A stretch of 64,000 nt of DNA from assembly GCA_937625935.1 (NCBI GenBank), contig OW569358.1:1-64000 (forward strand). Reading direction: 5' to 3'. The position numbers and the translations under genes are program-made. Shown here one piece after another: positions 8,130 through 19,406 of this stretch (position 1 is its first letter; every line of letters begins with the position of its first letter). The notes beneath the pieces were generated by a model. It searched no databases. It saw only the letters and a program-made list of their open reading frames with translations, and was not told where the DNA came from. This DNA is from Tetramitus jugosus (taxonomy: Eukaryota; Protista; Heterolobosea).

Positions 8130-9104
8130 ATGGATTTTCAGCGAAGTGAATTGGAACCAGCCGACAAACAAAAAACAAAGAAATCAATGCCTTCCTTCCT
8201 GGAAACCAAACCTGAAAGAGAACGCTTTCCAAAAAACTCTCACAATCTCCAACATATTTTAGAATACATCACGAATCGTTGCATTCAAACATTGTCCTCC
8301 TCTCCATTCTTGTGGAATGGAAATTATCAATTCATTGATGATTGGGCCGTCATCTACGAGTTAGATCGCAAAAGTGCACCTGATGAACCTGATAATAATC
8401 AATGCAAATATTTTGGACTGTATACTACAGGCCAATTTACTCCACAAAAGTTGGAACAATGGCTTGCACTACAAAAAGATCCTATAACCTTGGTTACAAC
8501 TGTTGACTGTGGATTGGAAGCATTATTGAAACAAATGGACAATTGTCACTATTGTGTGTTAGATAAGCCTCTAGAGTGGATCGAATATCAGACTATTGAA
8601 GCCTATTATGGGAACAAGATTGCTGAGAGAAGTGGAGTTCACATGATGAATCATATAGATGAAGGATTGTTCATCCTGAGTCAATTAGGCGCCAGTGAGC
8701 TTGCAAAGAGAGCTTATTGCATCCATCCATGCATTCAAGGAGATGAAGATCTTAAAGTCTTCTACAATCAGACCTATCCTTCGAATCCAGATGCTTGGGA
8801 TGCCAGAGTTCTCATGCTTGCAACAGAGTACAGAAACATTGCAAACGCCTACTTGAGCCACTGTACATCAAGAGAGGATTTTGCATTGTCTCCATTGGAT
8901 GATGTAAATACTATGCTTATTGCAGACAAGGTCCAAAACAGGAAAGATTTTGAGATTTATCACAAGAGCACTCACCCTAAATCACAAAGACTCTCAGAAT
9001 ACTTTGGACAATGGTTGAGAAGATTGAACATATCAGAGGAACAGTACGAGCAATTGGTACTGAGAATGAACACCAAGACTGGATGCAAGTCTCCCAAATC
9101 GTAG
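8130..9104 (+). CDS. Hypothetical protein with divergent HD-fold (SpoT/MESH1-like) C-terminal domain, bacterial/phage-type
   Basis: RSGVHMMNH...YCIHP...ADKVQN parallels the HD_4 motifs RxSGxPYxxH, LHD and ADKxxN, with HD changed to HP. Confidence 0.55.
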   Translation: MDFQRSELEPADKQKTKKSMPSFLETKPERERFPKNSHNLQHILEYITNRCIQTLSSSPFLWNGNYQFIDDWAVIYELDRKSAPDEPDNNQCKYFGLYTTGQFTPQKLEQWLALQKDPITLVTTVDCGLEALLKQMDNCHYCVLDKPLEWIEYQTIEAYYGNKIAERSGVHMMNHIDEGLFILSQLGASELAKRAYCIHPCIQGDEDLKVFYNQTYPSNPDAWDARVLMLATEYRNIANAYLSHCTSREDFALSPLDDVNTMLIADKVQNRKDFEIYHKSTHPKSQRLSEYFGQWLRRLNISEEQYEQLVLRMNTKTGCKSPKS

Positions 9105-9222
9105 TCAACCACCAGCAATAAATGTGTTGGGCTCGGAGTTTTCGCACACACGGACAAAAAGTTTGCTATGAAAAAATCGCAATCTTCGAAGCCGCGCACA
9201 CAAAAAAACACAATCGAAAAAC

Positions 9223-10077
9223 ATGTCGTCGCCGATCACTGCTGCGCCATCCACTTTTTCCATATGGTACAATGAGATATCAACACCAAAATTCCCTCCA
9301 CTCTACTTTGTTTTGATCACAGCAGTCTCTGCTCTCATCTACAGCCTCATGTATCGCTATTTGCCATACATTTCCAAGCACTACCTCTTTTCTAGTCACT
9401 ACAAGCAATTGTCTGGTGATAAGAGAAAGGAAATGGAGTGGAACAGTCGAATCATTAGCAACATTCATGCCATTATGATTACACTGTTTGGTGCCTACGT
9501 CTTTTTTTCTGAAGAACAATTTTACAAGCATTTGAACATGTTGCATCACTGTTCACCAGCAGTCATTATGACTGCTAGTTCCATTGGTTACTTTTTTGTT
9601 GATTCATACTATGTGTTGAGTCATTTTCCTAGATTGGGTGGCATTCCTATTGTGATTCATCATTTGGCAATCATTGGTGCACAATTGGGTGTAGTTGTGT
9701 ACAGTCAATTCCAATTGATGGGTGTCACCATTTCGGTCACTGAGATTACCACTCCATTTATCAATCAAATGTGGTTCTTGACTGCTCTCAATCGAAAGAA
9801 CACGATGGCATTCAAGATTAATGGTTTCTTGATTTGGTTCTTTTGGCTCATGAGCAGAGTTGGCTACAGTGTGGCTTCCATTTGGTTGTGGATTGTCAGA
9901 TGGGAACAAATGACTACTGCTTGTCACTTTGTCTGGGTCTTCTTTACTCTCCAATTGGTGAATATCACCTTTTTGAATGTCATGTGGTTCAGCAAGATTA
10001 CACGTGGTGTTTTGAAGGCATTCCTTTCCAGTGCACCAACAACCACCAAGGATGACAACAACAAGAAACAACAGTAG
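9223..10077 (+). CDS. TLC-domain membrane protein (TMEM56/TLCD4-like)
   Basis: EWNSRIISNIHA, SIGYFFVD, IHH, EITTPFIN and multiple TM helices. Confidence 0.85.
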   Translation: MSSPITAAPSTFSIWYNEISTPKFPPLYFVLITAVSALIYSLMYRYLPYISKHYLFSSHYKQLSGDKRKEMEWNSRIISNIHAIMITLFGAYVFFSEEQFYKHLNMLHHCSPAVIMTASSIGYFFVDSYYVLSHFPRLGGIPIVIHHLAIIGAQLGVVVYSQFQLMGVTISVTEITTPFINQMWFLTALNRKNTMAFKINGFLIWFFWLMSRVGYSVASIWLWIVRWEQMTTACHFVWVFFTLQLVNITFLNVMWFSKITRGVLKAFLSSAPTTTKDDNNKKQQ

Positions 10078-10399
10078 ACACATTTGTCACTTTGTGTCAC
10101 ACAAGGTAATGTTGGTCACACTGTAATCAATTAGATCTATGATCAAGGTTCCAAATCTTGAATCGTCAATGTTCTCCCTGCCAACTTACCGAGATTGTAT
10201 GCTATTATATAATAACCCTGAATTTTGAGACACTTCTCCCTTGTGAGAAGGTACTCTTTTCGTCTTCCTTAATGTGCCCATAGAATAAAACAACGTTGCA
10301 TTGACAGTTCCTCCATAGACACTCGTTCCCACTTGTACAACGCCGGAAGGATGCCCGCACAGTACAACAAAACACACTGATTGTATTTAAAATTGTTGT

Positions 10400-11497
10400 T
10401 TATCGTACACGAATTGCAAATGGCTCCTCAATGATTGGCTCTCCTTCGAATCGTCTGTTCAATTTCATGGAACTAATTAACTTGTCCTTTCGATAGAAGC
10501 GATCGTACAACCATTGCTGTACTTCTTCTTGTTTCGACGGTATGTCGACTAATGCAATTCTCTTGACATTGAATAGAATCTTTTTGCCTGTCAATGAAGA
10601 GAGAAAGATGTCTCTCAGTCTAACAGGTCCATCTACATATCCCAGCGTAATATCATACACATACTTGAAATGAGAACCCTCCATATGATCGACAATTGCA
10701 GCAAATCCCTTTGCTCTTGGGATCAGTACCTGCTTGAAAGCTGGGGAAATACCTCTCTCTTTTGAAAACTCCAAGCATTCAAGTCTCTTCTTCTCAGAGA
10801 TTCTAGTTCCCTCGGGCAACAATGATATTTGAGCTGGTATCTTACTCTTGAGCAAAAAGTCAAAAGCCGATTCCACCTTGCTCTTGTCCAACTCCCAATT
10901 TCTCTTGAGGAACACTTGACCCATCATATTCATGGCCCATCCAAACAATGGCACATGCTTAATGATATCCTTGCTCAAGAATTTACCATGTCCTCCCATT
11001 CCCTTCCTTGACTGATACGCCACAATACACACGACATCCAAGTTGGTCACATGATTCGCAAATACAATTGCATCTTCTCCTATTGGAGCCTTATCACCAG
11101 AGAATTCAAGTTCCAATCCACAAATCTTTTCCAAAACGACAGAAAACACAACAGCCATCGTAACGGCAGCAATACGTGCCATGTAGAGAGCAGCCTTATC
11201 ATCACCAATCAACTTGACCTTGTTGAGCAACCACACAATACTGCTACCACTGAAGAAAATGAGAGAAGAGACAAACATTGTCACCACACACAACAATCCT
11301 CTCAGAATATAGAGCAAAACCCAGGGGAATGATAATTTGATGGGACGAGGCTTGTGAATGAGTGCAGGCAGTGAGAGTGTAGATTCATTCTTCTTGTCAT
11401 GCTGATTGATTGTATCCAGAGGATCCTTGCTGCCCTGAGACAGTTTCAACTGTTGAATTTTGGTCTTGTGATCCTTGCCTTGTTGTTGTTGTGACAT
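10400..11497 (-). CDS. Lysophospholipid acyltransferase (AGPAT/LCLAT1 family)
   Basis: NHVTNLD (HxxxxD), FLKRNW..D, PEGTR, VLIPRAKGF, YDITLGY. Confidence 0.9.
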   Translation of the reverse strand: MSQQQQGKDHKTKIQQLKLSQGSKDPLDTINQHDKKNESTLSLPALIHKPRPIKLSFPWVLLYILRGLLCVVTMFVSSLIFFSGSSIVWLLNKVKLIGDDKAALYMARIAAVTMAVVFSVVLEKICGLELEFSGDKAPIGEDAIVFANHVTNLDVVCIVAYQSRKGMGGHGKFLSKDIIKHVPLFGWAMNMMGQVFLKRNWELDKSKVESAFDFLLKSKIPAQISLLPEGTRISEKKRLECLEFSKERGISPAFKQVLIPRAKGFAAIVDHMEGSHFKYVYDITLGYVDGPVRLRDIFLSSLTGKKILFNVKRIALVDIPSKQEEVQQWLYDRFYRKDKLISSMKLNRRFEGEPIIEEPFAIRVR

Positions 11498-11830
11498 AGT
11501 TTTTTCTCATGCAAAAAGGAAATGATGTTGATTGTGGACGGAGACTGATTTCACGTGACGGATGGTCCTCTTACTTGTAACCAAAAACGAGGTTGGGTGA
11601 GTGAGGATGATTTGTTTTCAGTGGTTGTTTTGTTGTAGCTGTGTTGAACATCAAAACATCAAGCGGCGTTTCAGTGATAGCGAAAACTCTCAGGAATTTT
11701 TGGAAGAAAACAAGATGGGAGAAAATACCCAAACATTCCAATTCATCATCGAGAGTAAACTACAAACGAACAGTCGCACAAACAATAGTTTTTGTTGTTT
11801 ATATTGTAATCGTACAGGGAGTTGATTGAT

Positions 11831-13478
11831 TTAGAAGTCCTCTTCTTCCTCGTCGTCTTCAGCAATCTCCTCTACCAACTCTTGCTCACTCTTCCTTCTC
11901 TCTTCAGCTTCCTTCAATTGCTCAACAGTTTCCTTCTTTGCATTCTTAGGATATCTCATTGCCTTGATGCACTCATCATGTAACTTCAAACAGAAAGTGA
12001 TTCTCTTGTGGAAGGCCTCTCCAGGTTCAACAGTCGAGTACACATCAATGGTATCATTAGACTGAATGAATCTACCGTTGTGATCAATTGTTGCATCAAT
12101 GATACCATCTCTGATAGCCTTGGCTACAATGAATTCGACATCGTCAGTGTTGTCCAGGTTTAATTTTTCACAGACATCAGCAAAAGATATGCGACTGTAA
12201 CTCAATGAGATCTTTTTCAATCCTGTTCTGATCACATTTTGTCTGATACGTTGAATCAGCGTATAAGTCTTGTCTGCCTTGAACAAATCGGAATACTTTT
12301 CCACTACTTCTCTGAAGGAGCTCAAAGATCCAGCACGAACTTGCTTAGTGAGTTCAAAATATGGCTTCAATGACTTCTTCAAATCAGGTTGATTAAATAC
12401 AGCTCGATCTGGAATTTCTCCCATCAACAATTGCACAATGATGGCCAACTTGTAAGCAGACTGTCTGAATCCACCAGCAGTAGTTGTAGGTGCCTTTCTG
12501 ATGGCATTCATCAGGCACTCATATGCCTCAGAGTAATCCAACTGGATACTCTTTATTCTGCCCTTGTAGTAAAAGTATCGTGCCAATTGACTGTTGGATC
12601 TAAAGTCGAGCAATGGAGTTTTGTCTATCAGTTTGCTGGCTTGATCAACCAAGTTGTCAGTCAAATAGCTTCGAAGTAGGAGATTAATTAGAACGGCTTG
12701 TCCTGCTCTGTCATGTCTCAAACTTGCAGTTCTCAAAGCGCTCAACAAAGTCGGTCTCATTGTCGAAGTATCAACCTTGCTCAATTCGTGAGCACGGGCA
12801 TAGTAAAAGAATGCTTTTGCTCCCAACTGGCTCATTGTTCTTCGATTGTAAGTGCTCAATTGTTTCATCATGTCATCGGATAGATTCTTTGCCTCATCAT
12901 ACTTCTTGTTATCAATCAAGAACACAACAGTCAATATGTACAGGTAGATTTCAACTTCGGGGGTCACATCCTTTGGAGACTTCAATGCCTTATTAAATTC
13001 TTCATCATTATAATCTTCAACGACACTCTCATCGTCCGTCTCCATTGCACTTGCACTCTTGGAGTTCAAAGCCAAGGTCAATTTCTCAGATAGACCTGGT
13101 TTATTCGATGACAAAGTCGTAGTAATAACCTTGTTCAATATCGATTTGTTCAATTTGCGTCTCAAGAAGAAAGATTGACGCAAAGCTCTTCCCATTAATC
13201 GGTCATCATTCTGTCTCACAGCTTTTTGAATCAAGTGGACATCTCCCAAAAGATCTGTTCAGTTCCGCAAGAAAAGTTTGAAAGTGAATTGTTAGCAAAT
13301 CATGAAAACTTCTTATCAATCCAAGGACTCGAAAACTCGATCGTGATATCAAGAACATACCTGTGACTACGAGTTGTGCTGCTTCCCTTCGTTGTTTTGC
13401 CTCCTTTTCTTCTGGTGTTTCCTCTTGAACGATTGTTTCTTCGTCCTTCATTGTATCTTCAGTTTCCACTTTACTCAT
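11831..13478 (-). CDS. RPN3: 26S proteasome lid subunit Rpn3/PSMD3; 2 exons (13478-13361, 13254-11831)
   Basis: PCI-domain motifs (LRTASLRHD, QLDYSEA, LLMGEIPDR, ISLSYSRIS, KAMRYP). Intron 13360-13255 is GTATGT..GCTAAC..CAG and restores the frame. Confidence 0.93.
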
Positions 13479-13633
13479 GATGACTATGTTACTGGTCTGT
13501 ACAAATGATCACTGCGTGTTTTTGATTGCTGTGTTTTGATCTTTGGCATTCAATCTGAAAATAGATTTGTCGGAAGCTTACAATTTTGTTCGATTTATCT
13601 AGGTTACAAAATCACTTTTTGCCGCGAACAACA

Positions 13634-15997
13634 ATGAACCAACTCGAACGACTGCACGATTCTCTTGCCGGGGCACAAGATCAAAGTGGAATACTGGACA
13701 ATATTCATCATTTCATCAATGATCAAGTGATCCCCCATATGACATCGTGCATTGATTCATGTCAACAACATCTTCTTCATCAGGATGTGATTGATCAAGG
13801 AATTCAAACATGTTGGGAAACTACGCTGTCTTTTTTACAGTCAATGAGCACAACTGTCTTCCATCATTCATCAATTGTTCAACAGTGCACCTTTGATATT
13901 TTTCAGCCCTTGTTGCAATTTTATCAATTGACAACAGTGATTCGCTCTCGATCGTGCAGCAATCTTCACTTTAACAAGAGTCATAATAATGCTGAGAATA
14001 GTGAAACCATTGTACAATATGCTATACAAGCCAATGAATTGCTACGAACGATTTTTGATCTTGTTCGTGATCACGCGACACCAAGAGAGTTAATCTCAGT
14101 TACTATGCAGCATATCGTTTCCATCTATAGTTCATTCGACTTGAAGAATGCAGGAATGAGTTCTTCTGAGATATGGTTATGCCAAAAAGACTCACTATTA
14201 CTATTGATTCAACTGTTGAAGCATGGCTTGAAACGAGTACCAAGTGGAAAGAGGCACATGTTCTATAGTCATTCATTTCCAACTATAATACAAAGGACAT
14301 TTTGTTTCAATATCAATCCTGATTCTGGTGATCCTGAGGAGATGCAACGATTGGCTACGGAGAAACAGATGTCAGAGAAAAAGTTTTCTGATTTTGTTCC
14401 AGTGTTAACAGAGTTTGCACTCGAGCTATCTTCTCTGTTCAGAGGTGTTGACTTCCTATCCATTATACGCGATAGCAACTTGTTAATAGAACACAGTTGG
14501 ATTCTCTTTTTTTGTTTCCAAGTATTGGTCAAGATTTACTCGAGTCAAGATTTAATCATACAGTTTGAGACCTCTGCAGTTGTGAAGATCATGGATAGTA
14601 TAGCGAACTGTAATTGCACATTTGAGTACATACTTCAGTATTTTGACAGACATGAAACGTGGCACAAGGTTAAAACTAAGATGGAAATAGAGGATTTGGA
14701 AGATCGAGCAGCTCACATGGATGAAGAAGAGGCCGATAGTGATGATGAAGAGGATGACACAAATAGTAGTTTAAGAAACGAGATTAATCGATTTGTAACT
14801 TGGGATTTTGGAGGTATAGGCATATTTGCATACTTGCTGTTTGTACGAGGAGTTACACGCAGCCAGTATTCATTTGGATTGTTTACAATGACACACATAT
14901 TCCATCGAAGTCGACCGTACATTGAAGTGATGCTTCAGAATAGTATACCCTCACTGAGCATGCTCGCCAAAACGTTCTGCCGATTCTTTATGGATATACT
15001 CCCTAATTATTCACTTCAATTAAGACAACCAGAAAGATCACCAGCGAGAATGACAGAAATTGAGAAATATTTTAGTTTTGTGCAATCTCTAATCAATTTT
15101 ATGGCTCGATGTCCCGATAATAAGGAGAGAACAGATTCATACAATATTTTAAACGACTTTATATCTAAACTGCCGGATGATGGTCGCTTTGAACTTCTTT
15201 CACATACTTTGCGCACATGTCCCTATCCTGTGTTGCTTGGACTAATGATTAATCGGCTTAAGGATGAAGTTCGTCTTGAGTATGACTCCTTGCTTACCAG
15301 CATAAACCAGAAGATCAATACTGCGACAAGCTCCTATAAACCTCTACAACCAATACCCGTTGAGGAAGCAAACAAACTTCTTCGCGAAACTGAGCAAAGC
15401 ACCAACATACTGGAAAAAGTGATAACACCTACTGTCGAGATGGATAGTGAAACGATTAGGATTCTCAGACTAATGGGAAAAAGCTCCAAGGCATTCCTGC
15501 AGAAGAACAAGATTGTCCAGCTTCTTCTCGATATTTTGCCAAAGTACACCTTAGATGTTCAAGATATTGATAACTTGGATGTACTTATCTACGGTCTCAA
15601 TCTTCTTTATTTCCTTTTATTGAGAGATCATGCTGCCAATATTACTGGAGTATGTGATGGTGAGAATACACAAGCACTCTTGAAGAAGCTCATATTGCCT
15701 CTCAAAGAGAAGTGTCAGCTATATCATCAATCAAAGTCTCGTGCAACATTACCTGTTGAAGAAGACGAAGAAGAGTTTATTGATGATCTCGATTTGGATG
15801 AGCTACTCAATGATCCCGACAATGAACTCACACCAGATGAGATTGAAACGTTGCGCGAGCTACAAAATGAGAAGAAAAATAGCGTCATGGTCTCACCTGC
15901 GAATGCAGCACTATCGCAAGATCTAATCCAGGTAGAGCTCAAATTATTTGCTTTGGAAAATGTCCTACTTCGTGTAGAGTCCATACTTGCCAAATAA
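13634..15997 (+). CDS. Glomulin/ALF4/Ybp-like helical protein
   Basis: All-helical, with TPRELI, RCPD..R....L..FI, RFELL..L.TCPY and LKDEV patterns typical of the glomulin family. Confidence 0.55.
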   Translation: MNQLERLHDSLAGAQDQSGILDNIHHFINDQVIPHMTSCIDSCQQHLLHQDVIDQGIQTCWETTLSFLQSMSTTVFHHSSIVQQCTFDIFQPLLQFYQLTTVIRSRSCSNLHFNKSHNNAENSETIVQYAIQANELLRTIFDLVRDHATPRELISVTMQHIVSIYSSFDLKNAGMSSSEIWLCQKDSLLLLIQLLKHGLKRVPSGKRHMFYSHSFPTIIQRTFCFNINPDSGDPEEMQRLATEKQMSEKKFSDFVPVLTEFALELSSLFRGVDFLSIIRDSNLLIEHSWILFFCFQVLVKIYSSQDLIIQFETSAVVKIMDSIANCNCTFEYILQYFDRHETWHKVKTKMEIEDLEDRAAHMDEEEADSDDEEDDTNSSLRNEINRFVTWDFGGIGIFAYLLFVRGVTRSQYSFGLFTMTHIFHRSRPYIEVMLQNSIPSLSMLAKTFCRFFMDILPNYSLQLRQPERSPARMTEIEKYFSFVQSLINFMARCPDNKERTDSYNILNDFISKLPDDGRFELLSHTLRTCPYPVLLGLMINRLKDEVRLEYDSLLTSINQKINTATSSYKPLQPIPVEEANKLLRETEQSTNILEKVITPTVEMDSETIRILRLMGKSSKAFLQKNKIVQLLLDILPKYTLDVQDIDNLDVLIYGLNLLYFLLLRDHAANITGVCDGENTQALLKKLILPLKEKCQLYHQSKSRATLPVEEDEEEFIDDLDLDELLNDPDNELTPDEIETLRELQNEKKNSVMVSPANAALSQDLIQVELKLFALENVLLRVESILAK

Positions 15998-16179
15998 GCA
16001 CCAGTGTTCGACACCTGTGTGTAGTCGGTGCATTTGTCAAGACGCACACCTCTGAGTTCGCCATTTCTTCTTCAAAAATAAAGTATCGCGCAGCACAAAA
16101 AACTCAACAAGTCATCTGAGCACAATACCGCAAAGCACAAGCGATCCACTCTCAAGTCCAATCATAATTACAAGTCCAT

Positions 16180-19100
16180 ATGCAGAATTTAATCAACCAG
16201 CAATCCGAAATCGAATCTCTCCAGTTCATTTTCGATCAACAACTTCGAATCATCTCCAACAACGTGTCTGATGAGATGATTGATGGAAGTAGTCGTGAAG
16301 AACATGACTTTTCTGAGCCAATCACGACTTATCAGTTTGAAATCTCATTCCCACCTGTGGCTCCAACAGAAAATAGTGATGACAATCTATGGAATGCAAG
16401 TGAGAGACAATCTGATGAACTCACGGATCAATTGGACATTCTCCAAATGAAGTTCCATATGAGGGACATTGGTTATCGTGTATGTGTGAGCCTCAACACA
16501 AACTATCCATCTCTGGAGACGCCAATGGCTCTCCGAGTGAAAAATCTGATAACCAATCCGATTGGTAATGCAGAGCTCATTGACAAGACACTGAGCGAAG
16601 AAACTGTGCACAAGGATCTGAAACAACTTTTAAAATTTAAGAAGCTTGTGAACAAGAGAGAACGACAACAGATGGAACAACTACTTATTGATCATGCTAA
16701 GGAACTACTAACCAATGCCGATGAGGAGCCAATGATGTTCTATCTAGTGAATATGTTGAAGGATCATGTTGAAACCATGGAGATTGATGAAAACGAGATT
16801 GATGAATTGATGGATCAGTATAAAAAACAACAGTCTCTCCTTTCCGATGAAGAAGACGTTACGGAGCTGGTTTCACAAGCTCTAGCCGCGCAAAAGAAGC
16901 GCTCAGACACAAACATCGATAGTGGTGGAGGTCAACCCTTGGTGCATAAAGAAGATAACAAACCAAGTTTTTCAGGTATCTATAAGTATGCCTTTAGTGA
17001 TACGTTGAGGAAGAAGCGTAGACAGTTCATTAGTCTAACACCGTATCTGGTGCTAAACAAGTTCTCTTCCAAAGTGAATCAACCAATAAGATCTCGTCGA
17101 CCAATGCAAATGACCTGCCTCTCCCGCAATAACTTCATTATCGCATATGGCGGTTTAGATGTGCGCTCTCTGTGCTTTACTGGTCGGGTCAGATTCATGA
17201 AAAAGGATTACTCTGAAGCTGCACTTATCCGTCAGTCCGGGGAGTCGCCAACAATTAGAGTACTGGCAACGTTGACACAACTTGAAGATGATGCAAGTGA
17301 TGCATTTATGCTAGTAGGAGGAATGTCATCAACAGGAATGATTCTTAATGATATTTTTGTTCTTCAAATGATGGGAGCATCGCAAACACCTGGATACTTG
17401 AATGATGTTACATTAGATTCAACAACAGCTTCATGGACGATGATTCCTGCGGTTACTATGGGAGTTTGTGGTCATTCTGCTTGTTACTATAGAAAGACAA
17501 GAGGTGTGTTGGTGTTTGGTGGGCTCACTTCGGAGTCCAAGTATTCGAATGAGTTACTATCTATCACAAGATCTGGAAAATGCAAAGGTATCGAAACAAC
17601 CAACGCACCGAATCCCAGAGCAGGACATGCCATGTCAAAGGAAATTCGCGAGTGTTTATTTATTTATGGAGGTCATGACCAAAAAAGAGTGTTTAATGAT
17701 ATGTATATGTTATGTACCAAGACATTTGTTTGGACAAGTATTATATCACTAGGCCCTGCTCCACAGTTAACTCACTGTAGCAGTCAGTTATTAATTTCAT
17801 ATCCAGATGAATGTCTGATAATACATGGAGGCTATGACGGTAAGCGGTGGCAAGATTCGATTTATCAGTTTGATATAGCAGAGAGGAGATGGAAAGTTTG
17901 TTTTACATCGGGAAATGCTGGAAACGACAGATTATCACTACCAGCGTTTAGTGCACTTGGAGCTACGCAAGACAACATTGTTGTTCTCGAGGGAGAAGCG
18001 TCCAACGTATATGGTACTAACTATTTAAATTACAGATCGGTGCTCGAACAATGGCAAAGGGAAGCTGTACCTAAAAGTATTACAAGTCCTCCAACAATTA
18101 TTTATCAGCACAACTCTCACATGGGATTGAAGTATCAGGAGAGTACCTTACGCAAATTAGTTTTAACTCGTTGTATGTGGTTTGAACAACAAAATGCTGC
18201 TGATTGTGATGTAATTCTGCTGTTTGAAGCCTCAGAGGAAGATTCAGAGGAGAACTACACAGCCCTTTACTGCCACAAGATGATACTTCAACAAAGTCCA
18301 AAGCTGGCACGCATAATTGCCAAAGCAGAAAAGAGCGAGATTAATGACGACATTGTGCTTCAACACGGAGTTCTGACACAGATAAGAATGTCGCGTCAAA
18401 ATGGGTTGGAGTCCTTTGGTAAACGAGAGTTCACAACAGTTTGTAGTTATTTGTACAGTGGTCAAATAGTACTGGACGAATCGACAAGAAGCGAAGACTA
18501 TCTCTCCAAGCTGAAGTCTCTCGCCAAGTTACTACATTTACAATGTCTTCAAGAAATATTGACAGGAAGTGTTACAATGTCAACAATTATTACGCAGAAC
18601 ATATCGGTTGTAACACAAAAGTTCTGCCAATCGTTCCTAAAGCCACGCACTCTCAGTGAAGAAGAATATGGAAGACTCATGAGGGATGTTGAGATGGAAC
18701 AAGCTTTTAAAGCAGATGATATTGATTTTATGTCTCTTGCAATGGAAACTCCAGATCAAGCGGTTGATTCAATTGATGATTCACACCACATGAAACATGG
18801 ACTGGTGAAGTTAATTGCAAGAAATAACAACCCTCAATCGGAATCAGATGAATATCTCTGTATAGTTTGCCACAAGGGAGTTATAATTCATCAATCTCCA
18901 TACTTTAGTACTGTATTTGCTTCTCAATTCAGTGAGTCAATCAGTGGAGTTGCTCGAATAGATCAACTATCTATTCAGGCGCTGGAAGCCTTGTGCAATT
19001 ACATGTACACAGGTCTCCTTCCTGATATCGATACATCTCTGATTGTAGAGCTCTATCTCGTCTCTCATCAGTTCCAAATGAGTGAACTGGGTCCATGGCT

Positions 19101-19374
19101 TCGATACTTAATTCGACAGAATATTGATGTGAACATTGCATGTGCCATTTGCGATATTAGTGAATCACTGAACGATGATCTCATGTGGAAATTCTGTGTT
19201 ACTTACATAGCGAGACACCTTGAGACAATTCTTGACTCGAGCTCGAAGGATCAATCCGAACAGTACTTGCAGGAAACGTTCCAGCATTTGTCACGACGTT
19301 CTAGATCTGAAATTCACTCAAACTACTATCGCGAACAAAAGATGAAACGAAAGGAAAAGAAGCGAGTCAAATAA
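16180..19374 (+). CDS. RWD-like + Kelch repeats + two BTB domains (LZTR1-like Cul3 adaptor)
   Basis: N-terminal QQSEIESLQFIF..NYPS..EPMMFYLV (RWD). Kelch motifs PRAGHA/FIYGG/IHGG. Two BTB starts, CHKMIL..SPKL and CHKGVI..SPYF..FSES, followed by YLYSG/YMYTG. Confidence 0.82.
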   Translation: MQNLINQQSEIESLQFIFDQQLRIISNNVSDEMIDGSSREEHDFSEPITTYQFEISFPPVAPTENSDDNLWNASERQSDELTDQLDILQMKFHMRDIGYRVCVSLNTNYPSLETPMALRVKNLITNPIGNAELIDKTLSEETVHKDLKQLLKFKKLVNKRERQQMEQLLIDHAKELLTNADEEPMMFYLVNMLKDHVETMEIDENEIDELMDQYKKQQSLLSDEEDVTELVSQALAAQKKRSDTNIDSGGGQPLVHKEDNKPSFSGIYKYAFSDTLRKKRRQFISLTPYLVLNKFSSKVNQPIRSRRPMQMTCLSRNNFIIAYGGLDVRSLCFTGRVRFMKKDYSEAALIRQSGESPTIRVLATLTQLEDDASDAFMLVGGMSSTGMILNDIFVLQMMGASQTPGYLNDVTLDSTTASWTMIPAVTMGVCGHSACYYRKTRGVLVFGGLTSESKYSNELLSITRSGKCKGIETTNAPNPRAGHAMSKEIRECLFIYGGHDQKRVFNDMYMLCTKTFVWTSIISLGPAPQLTHCSSQLLISYPDECLIIHGGYDGKRWQDSIYQFDIAERRWKVCFTSGNAGNDRLSLPAFSALGATQDNIVVLEGEASNVYGTNYLNYRSVLEQWQREAVPKSITSPPTIIYQHNSHMGLKYQESTLRKLVLTRCMWFEQQNAADCDVILLFEASEEDSEENYTALYCHKMILQQSPKLARIIAKAEKSEINDDIVLQHGVLTQIRMSRQNGLESFGKREFTTVCSYLYSGQIVLDESTRSEDYLSKLKSLAKLLHLQCLQEILTGSVTMSTIITQNISVVTQKFCQSFLKPRTLSEEEYGRLMRDVEMEQAFKADDIDFMSLAMETPDQAVDSIDDSHHMKHGLVKLIARNNNPQSESDEYLCIVCHKGVIIHQSPYFSTVFASQFSESISGVARIDQLSIQALEALCNYMYTGLLPDIDTSLIVELYLVSHQFQMSELGPWLRYLIRQNIDVNIACAICDISESLNDDLMWKFCVTYIARHLETILDSSSKDQSEQYLQETFQHLSRRSRSEIHSNYYREQKMKRKEKKRVK

Positions 19375-19406
19375 ACTCACTTGGTGAACTGTGAAATTTA
19401 TTTGAT

